NCBI GenBank assembly: GCA_963663765.2 | Contig: CAXXUA010000006.1 | Span: 128,001 to 192,000, forward strand | Length of the DNA stretch: 64,000 nt | Source of the DNA: Candidatus Poribacteria bacterium | GTDB taxonomy: Bacteria > Poribacteria > WGA-4E > WGA-3G | Direction: 5' to 3' | In this document: in pieces, positions 1 through 11,296 of the stretch | How positions within the stretch are numbered: the first letter of the stretch is position 1 | Layout: every line of letters starts with the position of its first letter | Program-made: the position numbers and the translations under genes | Notes under the pieces: generated by a model | Database searches by the model: none | What the model was told of the DNA's origin: nothing | The model's input: the letters and a program-made list of their open reading frames with translations, nothing else

Positions 1-231
1 CATTTTAGGACAGCGGTAAAGACTGGATTGGAAATAGTTGCTGCCTTGCGTGGACATATATCCGGACTTGGCGTGCCACACTATGTGATCGATGCACCAG
101 GTGGCGGTGGAAAAATCTCACTTAGTCCTGATCCTATTGTTGCATTTGATGACGACGAAATCAAACTCAGAAACTATGAAGGGAATGTCTATAGTTATCC
201 GAGTACTCCGTTTTTTGATGCTGACTGGTAA
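1..231 (+). CDS. kamA: C-terminal part of KamA-family radical SAM protein (lysine 2,3-aminomutase-like), truncated by window edge
   Basis: Frame open from base 1 (HFRTAVKTGLEIVAALRGHISGLGVPHYVIDAPGGGGK...LRNYEG); the DAPGGGGK and RNYEG motifs are typical of KamA/AblA. Confidence 0.8.
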   Translation, partial: HFRTAVKTGLEIVAALRGHISGLGVPHYVIDAPGGGGKISLSPDPIVAFDDDEIKLRNYEGNVYSYPSTPFFDADW

Positions 232-397
232 TTTTTAAGTTTTTGCCTTTTTAACGGGAAATGGCATTCCCCGCCTACCGTGTGAGAAATATTTATTTCC
301 GAATTAATAAATTAATCTTCATAACATCTGTGCTATAACATCCCCGGTAGGTGTGGTTTCGTAACCAATGCAGAATACCACTCGCGTTTTCTGCATA

Positions 398-710
398 ATA
401 CCATTTCAAATAAATCTTGTCTCATTAAGGAATTCTAATGTTTACTGGCAGGGGGTTACTCTCTTCGGTAGGAGCGACCTCCCGGTCGCGACCGGGAGGT
501 CGCTCCTACCAGATTTCCACTGCTAATGAGACATTATCACATGAAAATGGTATTATACCAATTCTAATAAATCTTGTCTCATTAAGGAATTCTACTGTTT
601 ACTGGCAGGGGGTTACTCTCTTCGGTAGGAGCGACCTCACGGTCGCGACCGGGAGGTCGCTCCTACCAGATTTCCGCTGCTAATGAGATATTATCACATG
701 AAAATGGTAT
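398..710. repeat. Two tandem copies of a ~157-bp MITE/REPIN-like element (family R157)
   Basis: Unit ATACCA(A/T)TTCAAATAAATCTTGTCTCATT...AATGAGACATTATCACATGAAAATGGTAT has imperfect terminal inverted repeats and an internal GTAGGAGCGACC...GGTCGCTCCTAC palindrome; recurs many times in the window. Confidence 0.9.
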
Positions 711-1110
711 TAGTCCACATCGCCGCTCCAGCGGAGCGGTAAGTGGGAACCGTAACATAGCACTCCGCTGGAGGGCACGAATGCGGATATTCCGTTTTCT
801 ATAAACATAGCACTCCGCTGGAGTGCAGCCTTTTCTCCAGTTTCACGAAAATACGAAATAGGTGCGGTTTCCTAACCGAACCATAAGCGTCAATTTTAGG
901 ATTTTGACCTCTTGTGGGAGGGGTTTTCAACCCCGCCATAAGTCAAACGCGCTTCTGGCGTTGATTTGGATTTTATGTACACCTTCTCTCAATTAGTTTC
1001 TATCTGGATATTTTCAAATCAATCATTGCCAGAATAAATACAATACAAATATGAAACCAAAATAAAGTAAAATACGTGAATTCATTCGTAAGGTTAACAT
1101 CCTACAAAAA
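584..1110. repeat. Left copy of ~530-bp direct repeat (right copy 5427-5980)
   Basis: Near-identical from AAGGAATTCTACTG to GGTTAACATCCTACAAAAA in both places. Confidence 0.9.
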
Positions 1111-1387
1111 TATTAAATTAACTGATATTTCTCAAATGGCTTATATGTCAATATAGACAAGGGTTCTCTTGAATTGCGGACATGAAAATGCTATCTGAAA
1201 ATCGGATATGATTTATGATTATCTATTAATTTTCAATCCAAATAGTACTGCATTGTCAATTAGAGTGGTCATAAATACACAAAAATCAAGCAAAACCATC
1301 TAAGATAAAGAGCATTTTCATGTTGTTATACGTTCTTAGTGTTGATAGTTAGTGGGTTTCTGACGATTTTGAAAAATATCATACATG

Positions 1388-2926
1388 TTAATCCTTCACC
1401 GTTTCAGGCGGCTTTGGTGGTGTATAACGTTGCGATTTTCGTTGTGAACTGTGCATCCCGAACAACTCTCCTATCATTTTGGCAACCTCCGGATCATCTT
1501 TTTGCATCTTCCTGAAACCCTCTACCATTCCGTACCGTTCCAGAGTTGCCATCGCCTTATCAAAACGCTGCGGGGTCAATACTTCTACCTCAAACTGTCT
1601 TCGAAATTCCTTCTCAAAATCTACTTCGGAAGGCACTACTATTCCTTCTTGTGTAAGAAATTTTGCAAGTTCTGTCTCAAATGCAGCCTGAAGCTCAGCA
1701 TCGTTTTTCGTCAACATTTCATGGAATTTTTCCTCTGCCTGTCTAATCTTTTCCTCTGCCTGTCTAATCTTTTCCATTTCTGCTTGTGTTGGCTTCAACC
1801 GATCTAGTGTATTGTCTTCGGGTAGTTCGTCCGGAACCATATCAGGAATGATGTCACCTTGGTTTGCTTTTTCCACCGCATCGGCCGGAATCTTAGGTGT
1901 GTTAACAGAAAACTTATCGTTAATAGCCTCTACCAGTTTAGCGGGCGGTTCCCAACCTTTTGGGAGATTCTTCTCCCAACCGGGCGGTGGAGGACCCGCC
2001 TTGTCAATAATAGTCTCCCATCTAAGTGGTGAAGGTTTTTCGTTGAGAAAGGTTCCACTTTCGTCATCAATAAAAATAACTTCTAATCCTTCAGGGTGTA
2101 TACCTTTAAACATCAAATCTCGTGCTTCTCGGACAGTGAGTTGAACTCCTAAACTCATAAACCCACTATCAGATTGATCGATGTAAATAGTATTTCCATC
2201 AAATGGTAAAAAGACTGAATCATTATGCCCCATAAAAGTCCCACCACTAAGGTTGGGAACAACTCTTCTCGCCTCGTTATATTGTTGAACTTCCCATATC
2301 TGTCTATCAATATAATTATTTTTAAAGGATTCCCAATCTGAGGCTGGTGCAATACCGAAGTTCCCTGATTGCCAAGCTTCTGGATTGTTTTCTCTACCCA
2401 TTAGTCCCCTCCGAGCATTCATATACTTTGAATAATCGCCGTAGTGTTCAAAGGTAGCACCTTTCTCCAATAACATCGCAATCCACTTGGCACGCGGATA
2501 TTTGGCATCCAGTTCATCATCATAATCATGTTGATGATTTTCAAGCCCGTCGAAAGCTTCCATGATCGACTGTGCTGTTTGAGGCCAAGGACCCTCGTAT
2601 TTTTTCGGCATGTTTTGTTCATATTCAAATTGAAAGACCTTTCCCATTACCAGAGGCGGTTCGCCGAGAATCTCTTTTAGGCCAGCAGCATCTGCTTTTA
2701 ACTCAGTTTGCATCTTTTCGCGAATCTCAGTAATATCTTCATTAGGTATCACTATGTTGCTTCGCTTCGCTGTGGCTAACTTCTGTTTTATTGAGAAGTC
2801 AACCTGCTTTTCTACCCAAACGTCCCAACTATCCTTAAATATCAACTTGCGCACTATTATCACAGAGAATATAGAGATCCCCACAATTGCTAAAAGTGTT
2901 ATCACGACCAATTTTTGTCTAGACAT
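1388..2926 (-). CDS. Hypothetical membrane-anchored protein (~512 aa)
   Basis: ATG at 2926 preceded by AGGAGG; N-terminal hydrophobic helix (VVITLLAIVGISIFSVIIV); Pro-rich and helical C-terminal regions. Confidence 0.8.
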   Translation of the reverse strand: MSRQKLVVITLLAIVGISIFSVIIVRKLIFKDSWDVWVEKQVDFSIKQKLATAKRSNIVIPNEDITEIREKMQTELKADAAGLKEILGEPPLVMGKVFQFEYEQNMPKKYEGPWPQTAQSIMEAFDGLENHQHDYDDELDAKYPRAKWIAMLLEKGATFEHYGDYSKYMNARRGLMGRENNPEAWQSGNFGIAPASDWESFKNNYIDRQIWEVQQYNEARRVVPNLSGGTFMGHNDSVFLPFDGNTIYIDQSDSGFMSLGVQLTVREARDLMFKGIHPEGLEVIFIDDESGTFLNEKPSPLRWETIIDKAGPPPPGWEKNLPKGWEPPAKLVEAINDKFSVNTPKIPADAVEKANQGDIIPDMVPDELPEDNTLDRLKPTQAEMEKIRQAEEKIRQAEEKFHEMLTKNDAELQAAFETELAKFLTQEGIVVPSEVDFEKEFRRQFEVEVLTPQRFDKAMATLERYGMVEGFRKMQKDDPEVAKMIGELFGMHSSQRKSQRYTPPKPPETVKD

Positions 2927-2988
2927 GTATTTGCCTCCTATGTGGGTTTGTGGGAATGTCTTGGACTTGCCCCGAGATGCTTTTGCAA

Positions 2989-3396
2989 CTATGAGGATGA
3001 TCCACAAGGACATCCATCAAGATAAACCTTAATCGCCCGAAAATTGGGAATATGGGCAACCTTTGCTTCAGCCTCCTTCCCTTGCCAGGGCCATCCCCAA
3101 CTAAACAACGAAGCGACAGCATTAGTCGTATCCAATACCTTCTGTCCATTTTGCAACACTACCTCAGCAGAAATCTTCTTGTTAAGAGAGTTTTTAACAG
3201 GATCTACACAGACATACAACGAAGCATCAGCGGTGACAGTAAATCCAACTGGATGGTTCTGAGGATCACCATTATCAATTTTTGCCTTAGACGAAGCAAA
3301 AAACATATTGGCAGCACCAGCGGTGCGGAATGTGTATAGAAACGTAAATGAACCGCGTAACCAAGCACCAGCGGTGGCAGCATGCGCGTATGGCAT
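2989..3396 (-). CDS. Hypothetical protein; start uncertain
   Basis: 135-aa ORF co-oriented just upstream of 1388-2926; its first codons coincide with a GCATGCGCGTATGGCATGC repeat also seen at ~58637. Confidence 0.4.
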   Translation of the reverse strand: MPYAHAATAGAWLRGSFTFLYTFRTAGAANMFFASSKAKIDNGDPQNHPVGFTVTADASLYVCVDPVKNSLNKKISAEVVLQNGQKVLDTTNAVASLFSWGWPWQGKEAEAKVAHIPNFRAIKVYLDGCPCGSSS

Positions 3397-3576
3397 GCTG
3401 CATAAGGTTTATAAATATGAAAATAGATGTCCGAGTCGCTGATCAATTCTTAAAACTGTCCAAACTATAGTATATATTAGTGGTTTTTACACAACTTCTG
3501 AATCGTATAATTTGCTACTAACTTTAAAACATGATAGCATTTTGCAAAAATAAAATCATGTTATTTTGTGTCTTAT

Positions 3577-3851
3577 GAAGAGGCATTCAATTGTTGATGT
3601 TTGCTCCTAAGAGTGTTATTGCTTCTTTAGTGGTTGACTCGCTAAGATATTATGGTATAATTCTTCTATCTATTGAATTCATAAAATGGAGAGGAGAATT
3701 GAGAACAGACTAAGGGTCGCATTCCGTAATGCACACATCACATGAGGTATGTTGCCACTCCGCACTTGAGACGCATCCTCACCAAGAAGTCATGCTATAT
3801 CTGATATATACAGAATATGCACAAACTAATATCGACAATTGAATGCCTCTG
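3577..3851. mobile_element. TIR-bounded non-autonomous element / IS remnant
   Basis: AGAGGCATTCAATTGTTGAT ... ATCGACAATTGAATGCCTCT inverted ends; related ends at 16905-17036. Confidence 0.6.
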
Positions 3852-4150
3852 GCCTATTGATTTAGGAGTTTTTTTTTCTGATGAATTCTGATACAATAAT
3901 CAGATAAGTTGAACACCAGAAAAAACAACTCTTTTTTCTGGTTCATTTAGAGGGTTGACAACCCCTAATACTTATCAATATTGTATCATATTTTGTAATT
4001 AATACAAGCGGTAAATCCATTCTATAGTACAGGCTTATAGCAGTTTTATTGAATCCCAAAACGACTAATTCCCAAAATAAATGAAGAAACAAATTATTAT
4101 AGGTATTTTTCTTATTATCCCAACGCACCACATAAAAAAGGAGTATTCAA

Positions 4151-4831
4151 ATGAAAAGCGTATTAAGTGTTATAATTGTTCTGATTGTTTGCACAGCAGT
4201 TATTGGTGGCGTGATGTTATGGCGACAGTATAGTTTCATTCCTACCATTACCTTGGTAACACCCGAAACAGACGACACCAACGGCAAAAATACTATCCAA
4301 GAAATAACAAAGTCTTCGGGTAAGTATAACACTTCACAAAAATCTGATGTCGCGGATTTTCCCTTAGCACCTATAGCAAAACAGACTGATGATGAACACA
4401 CCGGTAATATAAAAAATCCCAGTGACGCTACAGTCAAAAAAGTGAAGGGTAAGATGATGTCTAAACGAGCAGCAGAAAAAGTTGCGATAGACGAAGCGAG
4501 AAAAAAGAAATCGGCAGCATTAGAAGCAGAAAGTGCTGAAATTGAGAAATTAGTTGCAGACGCGCTCATTAGTGCCGAGAGATTTGAAAGTATTCTGTCT
4601 CCTATATTCAACAAAGGCGAAGTAAAATTTTCCGAATCAGAGTTCAAAACTATGGTCAATCAGATCGCACCGACTCTCGTCCACCAACTCAACGCTCTCT
4701 CAGCTGACGAACAATACGAAGTCATAAATGAAGTATTTTCTATGGCTGAATTAGCCATAGAAGAGGAGGAAGCCGCAAAACATACACTTCTACAAAACCT
4801 TCAGAAACATGGATTTGAAAAAAAGTTTTAG
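4151..4831 (+). CDS. Hypothetical protein with N-terminal membrane anchor
   Basis: AGGAG RBS, 226-aa ORF, hydrophobic N-terminus, helical charged C-terminus. Confidence 0.8.
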   Translation: MKSVLSVIIVLIVCTAVIGGVMLWRQYSFIPTITLVTPETDDTNGKNTIQEITKSSGKYNTSQKSDVADFPLAPIAKQTDDEHTGNIKNPSDATVKKVKGKMMSKRAAEKVAIDEARKKKSAALEAESAEIEKLVADALISAERFESILSPIFNKGEVKFSESEFKTMVNQIAPTLVHQLNALSADEQYEVINEVFSMAELAIEEEEAAKHTLLQNLQKHGFEKKF

Positions 4832-4902
4832 ATAACGTATGCGGTACTTTTCTTGGTCGTTGAACAGGTTTCGTCACAGCATAGAGAAATATCATCTTTA
4901 GA

Positions 4903-5420
4903 CTATTTCCAACAGTCTAAATTAGTACCTAAGAGTGTTTCAAGTTCCCGAATTTCAGACTTGTAGAGATCTTTTAGAAACTGTCGAGTTTCATCTTTCA
5001 TTTGAGGTGGAAGTTTCTTACCGAACAGCCGCTTAATTCCAAGTTTTTTTGACCAACTGACTATACAATCTAAGCGCATATCCTTAAGCCACCAAGCGAT
5101 TTTGTCAAAGAAAAGCTACGCGGCGTGTGCCTTGGGAATACCAGTTGCTGCGACTTTTGCGGCGCCGGCTGTTGATGGGAAACGTTCTACGTCAATGTTG
5201 AGGAAATTCGCTACTATCTCTTTTGTCTCTGAAATAGATGAGGCAATCGTCTGTTCATAGATAATTATCAGAATCTGATCCCTTTCAAAATGGCGAAAAC
5301 ATTTCTTTAATCGCTCACTGTAAAAACTATGCTGGATAATTATTGGGTATTGAGACATACATCTTTTGAAGGTTCCGAAATAATTACCGTCTCGCACCAA
5401 AATTCCGTAGTGTGAATATG
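4903..5420 (-). pseudogene. Sulfotransferase 3' fragment with internal TAG
   Basis: YSHY...YSERLKKCFRHFERDQILIIIYE...FLNID, TAG at 5116-5118, then continues in frame to ...FLKDLYKSEIRELETLLGTNLDCWK*; 5' half missing at the repeat junction ~5425. Confidence 0.75.
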
Positions 5421-5426
5421 TCCTAA

Positions 5427-5980
5427 AGGAATTCTACTGTTTACTGGCAGGGGGTTACTCTCTTCGGTAGGAGCGCCCGTGTGGTCGCGACCGTGTGGTC
5501 GCGACCGTGTGGTCGCGACCGTGTGGTCGCTCCTATCAGATTTCCGCTGCTAATGAGACATTATCACATGAAAATGGTATTAGTCCACATCGCCGCTCCA
5601 GCGGAGCGGTAAGTGGGAACCGTAACATAGCACTCCGCTGGAGGGCACGAATGCGGATATTCCGTTTTCTATAAACATAGCACTCCGCTGGAGGGCAGCC
5701 TTTTCTCCAGTTTCACGAAAATACGAAATAGGTGCGGTTTCCTAACCGTACCATAAGCGTCAATTTTAGGATTTAGACCTCTTGTGGGAGGGATTTTCAA
5801 CCCCGCCATAAGTCAAACGCACTTCTGCCGTTGATTTGGATTTTATGTACACCTTCTCTCAAATAGTTTCTATCTGGATATTTTCAAATCAATCATTGTC
5901 AGAATAAATACAATACAAATATGAAACCAAAATAAAGTAAAATACGTGAATTCATTCGTAAGGTTAACATCCTACAAAAA
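5427..5980. repeat. Right copy of ~530-bp direct repeat, with a 14-bp (CCGTGTGGTCGCGA) tandem expansion inside the REP palindrome
   Basis: Direct comparison with 584-1110. Confidence 0.9.
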
Positions 5981-6009
5981 CATAAAATAAACATTTTTAG
6001 GAGTATCTA

Positions 6010-6432
6010 ATGTCATTAAATCCATACTTAACCTTTAATGGTGTATGTCAAGAAGCGTTTGAATTCTATCGTTCGGTTTTCGGGGGTGAGTTCATAACCT
6101 CTCAAACATTTCGTGAGGCACCGGAGGACCTGGGTATTGCAGAAGATGATCTTGACCGAATTATGCATGTTTCTCTTCCAATCGGTGACAGTGTGTTGAT
6201 GGGAAGCGACTCATGCACCTCTTTTGGTCCACCACGAATCATGGGGAACAATTTTTCTCTCTGCTTTAATGCAAACAGCAGAACACACGCAGATGAAGTG
6301 TTTGCCAAAATATCAAACGGTGGAAAAGTGATGATGCCGATGCAGGATACGTTCTGGGGTTCGTACTACGGGAAATGTACTGACAAATTCGGAATTACCT
6401 GGGATATTTTGTCTGATCACGCTAAGGAATAA
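6010..6432 (+). CDS. VOC/PhnB-like glyoxalase-family protein
   Basis: LNPYLTFNG.C.EAFEFY..VFGG; IMH..L; MPMQDTFWGSYYG...DKFGI.W. Confidence 0.9.
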   Translation: MSLNPYLTFNGVCQEAFEFYRSVFGGEFITSQTFREAPEDLGIAEDDLDRIMHVSLPIGDSVLMGSDSCTSFGPPRIMGNNFSLCFNANSRTHADEVFAKISNGGKVMMPMQDTFWGSYYGKCTDKFGITWDILSDHAKE

Positions 6433-6561
6433 CTGCTTGAATTCTTAAATCGACACTTTCATACAAGGTAGGCGAGGTTCCTAACCTCGCCAATTACATA
6501 GTTTTCAATTATAGTGAAATCTATAACACGAAAGTTATGTACAGATATGTTCGCTAACACA

Positions 6562-7314
6562 TCATTCGACTTGCTGTCCCAAAGCAGAACGGTAAGCTTT
6601 TACTGCATTTACCAAACCGATATACAACGCATCTGCCATCAAATGATGTCCAATGGATACCTCAAGCAATCCCGGTAGTTGTTGCATTAAAGGTAGATTG
6701 TCAAGATTTAAATCATGTCCTGCGTTCGTACCTAAACCCAATTCAAGAGCCTTTTCACCTGCTTTTCTCAACAATGTAAACTCTCTTTCAATATCAGCAT
6801 CTGTCTCTGCCATAGCGTAAGGTTCTGTATAAAGTTCAATTCTATCCGCTCCAATATCAACCGACCGTTCAATCTGTTCCAAGTCGGTTCCACTAAACAA
6901 ACTCACACGAATCCCCACATCACGTAGTGAAGTTATCACCGGTTTCAGCATATCACCATCCTGTTGTATATTCCAAACAGTATGGCTTGTGATTTCTCCA
7001 GAAACCACAGGGACGAGTGTACACTGCGTAGGCTGGACTTCTAACACCATGTCGAGAAGGTCTGGACGCGGATCACCTTCAATATTATACTCAATCTCAG
7101 CATCCAGTTGTGAGTTGATTTCTTTTAAATGCTGTGCTATTTCATACACATCCGAAGGTTTGATATGCCGTTGGTCCTCACGGGGATGCACGGTAATGCC
7201 TTGTACCCCTGCATCTATGCAAGTATCCACAGCAGTTAGCACATTGGGTATATCACCCCCTCTGGAATTTCGCAGTGTTGCAACTTTGTTGACATTCACG
7301 CTCAAACAGATCAT
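6562..7314 (-). CDS. pdxJ: Pyridoxine 5'-phosphate synthase
   Basis: LSVNVNKVATLRNSR, GITVHPREDQRHI, IELYT, NAGHDL, EVSIGH. Confidence 0.97.
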   Translation of the reverse strand: MICLSVNVNKVATLRNSRGGDIPNVLTAVDTCIDAGVQGITVHPREDQRHIKPSDVYEIAQHLKEINSQLDAEIEYNIEGDPRPDLLDMVLEVQPTQCTLVPVVSGEITSHTVWNIQQDGDMLKPVITSLRDVGIRVSLFSGTDLEQIERSVDIGADRIELYTEPYAMAETDADIEREFTLLRKAGEKALELGLGTNAGHDLNLDNLPLMQQLPGLLEVSIGHHLMADALYIGLVNAVKAYRSALGQQVE

Positions 7315-7342
7315 CTTTCCTCCTTATAATTCAATCAGGCTT

Positions 7343-7655
7343 ATACCAATTCAAATAAATCTTGTCTCATTATGGATTTCTACTGTTTACTGCCAGGGGG
7401 TTACTCTCTTCGGTAGGAGCGACCTCACGGTCGCGACCGGGAGGGCGCTCCTACCAGATTTCCGCTGCTAATGAGACATTATCCCATGAAACTGGTATTA
7501 TACCAATTCAAATAAATCTTGTCTCATTATGGATTTCTACTGTTTACTGGCAGGGGGTTACTCTCTGCGGTAGGAGCGACCCCACGGTCGCGACCGGGAG
7601 GGCGCTCCTACCAGATTTCCGCTGCTAATGAGACATTATCCCATGAAAATGGTAT
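7343..7655. repeat. Two tandem R157 elements
   Basis: Same unit as 398-710. Confidence 0.9.
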
Positions 7656-7791
7656 TACTTAAAAAAGGTAGGTTGTGAATGCCCTAAGGCATTCATCCCG
7701 TAGATTTCTTGATTTACTGATCACGACTAAAAGGTCGTTCCTACATGTTAAGTATGTAATTATTTCCAAAATCAACTATATAAGAAACATA

Positions 7792-10180
7792 CTAATCCAG
7801 TGTCAAAGGTATATCTAATGTCTCAGGCAGCAAGCACGATGTTTCGTTACACGCTTGGTAGTTTAGCTTCAATACGATCTGTTTCTCTTTCTTGACATTT
7901 GCATTGGTTTTCTGTTTTAACTTCACTGAGATCGTAATGGTCTTATCATATACCTTCAAAGTCTCATCACTGAACTCAAACTGAACCGACTTACCTATCG
8001 GATACTTCACTTCAGCAATCTCAAGCGGTGCGTCTTCTGCAACGGTGACGGTAGTAGGAATTAGGTTAACTTGACTTGCAGGATTAGCATTTATATGCCA
8101 ACCATCAGCGACTTTTACTTTTAATTCCACCTGAATCGGCATGCTCCCTTTAGCTGATATTATATTTGCATTTGCGGTTACATGTGATTGCTTTGATACT
8201 TTCTCATCCATATCCAAATTAATGTAACCAATAAATGCATAAAGCATGTGGATAAAAGAAGATGGAGTTTCTTTCATCCCTTGTGCAAAACTCCGAAGTG
8301 TCTTTTCCACATAAGGTTTATAGTCTGTATCTACTTCACTTTCCATCAACATCAAGAGATTATTGACAGCCACTGCATTTCCCGAAGGAATAGCAGTGTC
8401 ATGCGGTTTTTTTGTACGGACGATCAGCTGCTTTGCATCTGTCCTTAGTATAAAAGAAACCACCATGCTTTTCGTCCCAAAAGAGTTCAATCATCTTATC
8501 CGTAAGTGTTTTTGCTTGGTTCAACCATGTTTTGTTCCCAGTTGCGTTATATATTCCTAACAGACCACGTACGAAAAACGCGTAATCATCAAGAAATGCA
8601 TCATATTTCACTACACCCGCAGTCAAACTATGCCATAACTCACCATTCGGTTGCATCATTCTGTTAAGGATAAAATGTGCAGCTTCTGATGCTGTGGTCA
8701 AATACTTTTCCTCACCTAATACCTCATATCCATAAGCAAGTGCATCTATCATCAGACCGTTCCAACTGACAATCACTTTCGTATCAAGCAACGGACGTTC
8801 ACGTTCATACCGCGCAGCCAACAGTTCTTCACGCGCAGATTTCATTGTGTTGAGTCTTGTTTCAACCTTGTTACCTTCCGGCACGTAGATTATATTCTTA
8901 CCTTCAAAATTTGGACCCTTTTCTATACCGTAAATTGTAGCAAAAGTCTTGTAGACATCTTTAGATAACACATCTTTTATTTCATCCGCTGTCCAAACAT
9001 AATACTTGCCTTCCTCTGCATCTGTTTCTGCATCCAGCGCAGAATAGAAACCACCTTCAGCAGAAGTCATCTCTCGTGCAACAAAACTGAATATCTCCTC
9101 GGCAATGCGTCTGCACCGCTGTTTCTTGCTCATCTGGTACGTTTGAAGATAAATCTTAGACAATTGCGCATTGTCATATAGCATCTTCTCAAAGTGCGGG
9201 ACAAGCCACTTCGCATCTACCGAATATCTATGAAAACCACCACCAATTTGGTCATAAATCCCGCCATACGCCATCATATCCAATGTGTGCATCACCATCT
9301 TCAACAGGGATTCGTCTACTAGCGGTTTCTCATTCTGCTGAGTCGTATCCAACTTCTTCTTCTTTAATCTGTCATCAGATTGACCAGATTGCCTTTGATA
9401 TTCTCGCAACAAGAACTCCAGATTAGCAGGACTCGGAAATTTAGGCGCTGTGTCAAATCCACCATAAGCATGACTGTAACTGGATTTAAGATACGCAACT
9501 GCAGCAGTTATAACTGAGGAATCAAGCTGCTTTGTAGCAAGATAAGTGAAACCTTTACTTGAAACCATTTCAATAAATCCTGTCAGTTGATTCTCTGCTT
9601 CTACCACTTCTGCTTCACGTGTAACCCATGCTTCATGCACCGCATTTAAGACAGTTGGAAATCCAGGTCTATTCGGCATATCAGTCGGCGGGAAATATGT
9701 ACCAGCATAAAACGGTTTAAGGTCAGGCGTAAGAAATACAGAATTTGGCCATCCACCGCGCTGTGTCAACAATTGCGTAGCTGTCATATAAATTTCGTCT
9801 AAATCCGGACGTTCTTCTCTGTCAATTTTAATATTGATGAAGTGCTTGTTCATCTGCGCCGCTATCTCAGGATTTGAAAAAACCTTACGCTCCATCACAT
9901 GACACCAATAACACGTGGAATACCCCACAGACAGAAAGATGAGCTTGTGTTCTTTCTTAGCTCGTGCCAATGCTTCATCATCCCACGGATACCAGTCAAC
10001 AGGATTGTGTGCATGAAGCAGCAAATATGGACTTGTTTCATCAATCAACCGATTCGTCCATTTCCAAGTACCATCAGCATTCTTTAGCACGTCTTCGTCA
10101 GCATACGTACATAATGTTAGATGCAACAGAATTAAACATAATAGAAATTTCCGTACAGTGTCATTCATAATTTTCTCCAA
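7792..10180 (-). pseudogene. YyaL/SSP411 (DUF255) thioredoxin-domain protein with C-terminal DsbD-N-like domain; single frameshift at ~8443 (real or sequencing error)
   Basis: [52 protein letters not shown]; after GGFFYTK the frame switches to [21 protein letters not shown]; tail GWHINAN...YQACNETSCL. Confidence 0.85.
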
Positions 10181-11296
10181 TTATTGTACAAGCGCCCTTT
10201 GTGCTTTCACACGTCCTGTTTCTGTAAGCGTCAGTTGCGATGCATCCTGTAACACATATCTATTGTTCAACGCATTATTGACGACCCGGGCAGCAAATGT
10301 CGGTTCCCATTGCAAGTGTTCGTGAAGATGTGCTATCTCAGACTCCTCTTTTGCTTCCGGTAACCCTTCATGGTTAAAAAGATGGATTACAAGCATAGTT
10401 TGCGCAAACTCCCACTTCTGACGAATATGTCGACGCGCTATGGATACAAGACCACGATTCGGGACAACCAATAATACAAGAATAAAAACAAGCAATGTCA
10501 CTGACGCAATAGTACCTGCAATAGACACATCCAGAAAAATGGATAACCAATAACCACAGACAGCATTTATACTTCCAATAACAACACTAAGAATAAGCAT
10601 ACGCGTAAGACTGTCAGTCATCAAATACGCAGTTGCTGGTGGACCTACAATCAGTGCAACAACCAGAATTGAACCGACCGCATCAAATGCACCTACAGTT
10701 GTCATGGACACCAAAGCCATCAACCCATAATGTATTAGTGTCGGGGCAAAACCAAATGTTGCAGCTAAACTCGCATCAAACGTTGCCAACTTCAGCTCTT
10801 TGTAAAAAACAAGAATAAAAACTACGTTAAGAACCAGCATAAAACCCATGACATAAAGTGATACAGGACCTATCTCTTTACCATTGATTTCAAGTTGGTT
10901 TAATGGCGCAAGTGCAAGCTCGCCAAGTAGAACCGCATCTATATCTAAATGAACGTTTTTTGTGTACCTTGAGATTAGAATTACACCGATGCTAAATAGA
11001 GCAGGAAATGTTAATCCAATCGCAGCATCCTCTTGCAGCAATTTAGTTTTTTGTAATAACTCAACAAAAATAACCGTAAGGATCCCCATTGTAGTCGCAG
11101 CAAGTATAAGCAATGGTGACGAAACACTATGCGTAAGAAAAAACGCAAGAACAATTCCAGGTAGAATCGCATGGCTAATCGCATCACTCATCAACGTCAT
11201 CCTACGTAAAACCAAAAAAACTCCCGGAAGAGCACACGCTGATGCAGTAACAATCGCAATAATAGCTGTAAAAAAGTTAATGTTTTCTGTTATCAT
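10181..11296 (-). CDS. mntD: Mn/Zn/Fe ABC transporter permease (TroD/MntD-like) with C-terminal DtxR-like tail
   Basis: PGVFLVLRRM.LMSDAISHAILPG, HLDIDAVLLGE, KELKLATFD. Confidence 0.9.
   Translation of the reverse strand: MITENINFFTAIIAIVTASACALPGVFLVLRRMTLMSDAISHAILPGIVLAFFLTHSVSSPLLILAATTMGILTVIFVELLQKTKLLQEDAAIGLTFPALFSIGVILISRYTKNVHLDIDAVLLGELALAPLNQLEINGKEIGPVSLYVMGFMLVLNVVFILVFYKELKLATFDASLAATFGFAPTLIHYGLMALVSMTTVGAFDAVGSILVVALIVGPPATAYLMTDSLTRMLILSVVIGSINAVCGYWLSIFLDVSIAGTIASVTLLVFILVLLVVPNRGLVSIARRHIRQKWEFAQTMLVIHLFNHEGLPEAKEESEIAHLHEHLQWEPTFAARVVNNALNNRYVLQDASQLTLTETGRVKAQRALVQ

Noticed and set aside
438-683. Short ORFs inside repeats (also 7362, 12487, 17251, 39586, 46187, 46849, 63350)
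   Set aside because: They are translations of MITE/REP, 32-bp array or CRISPR sequence with no RBS or domain support.
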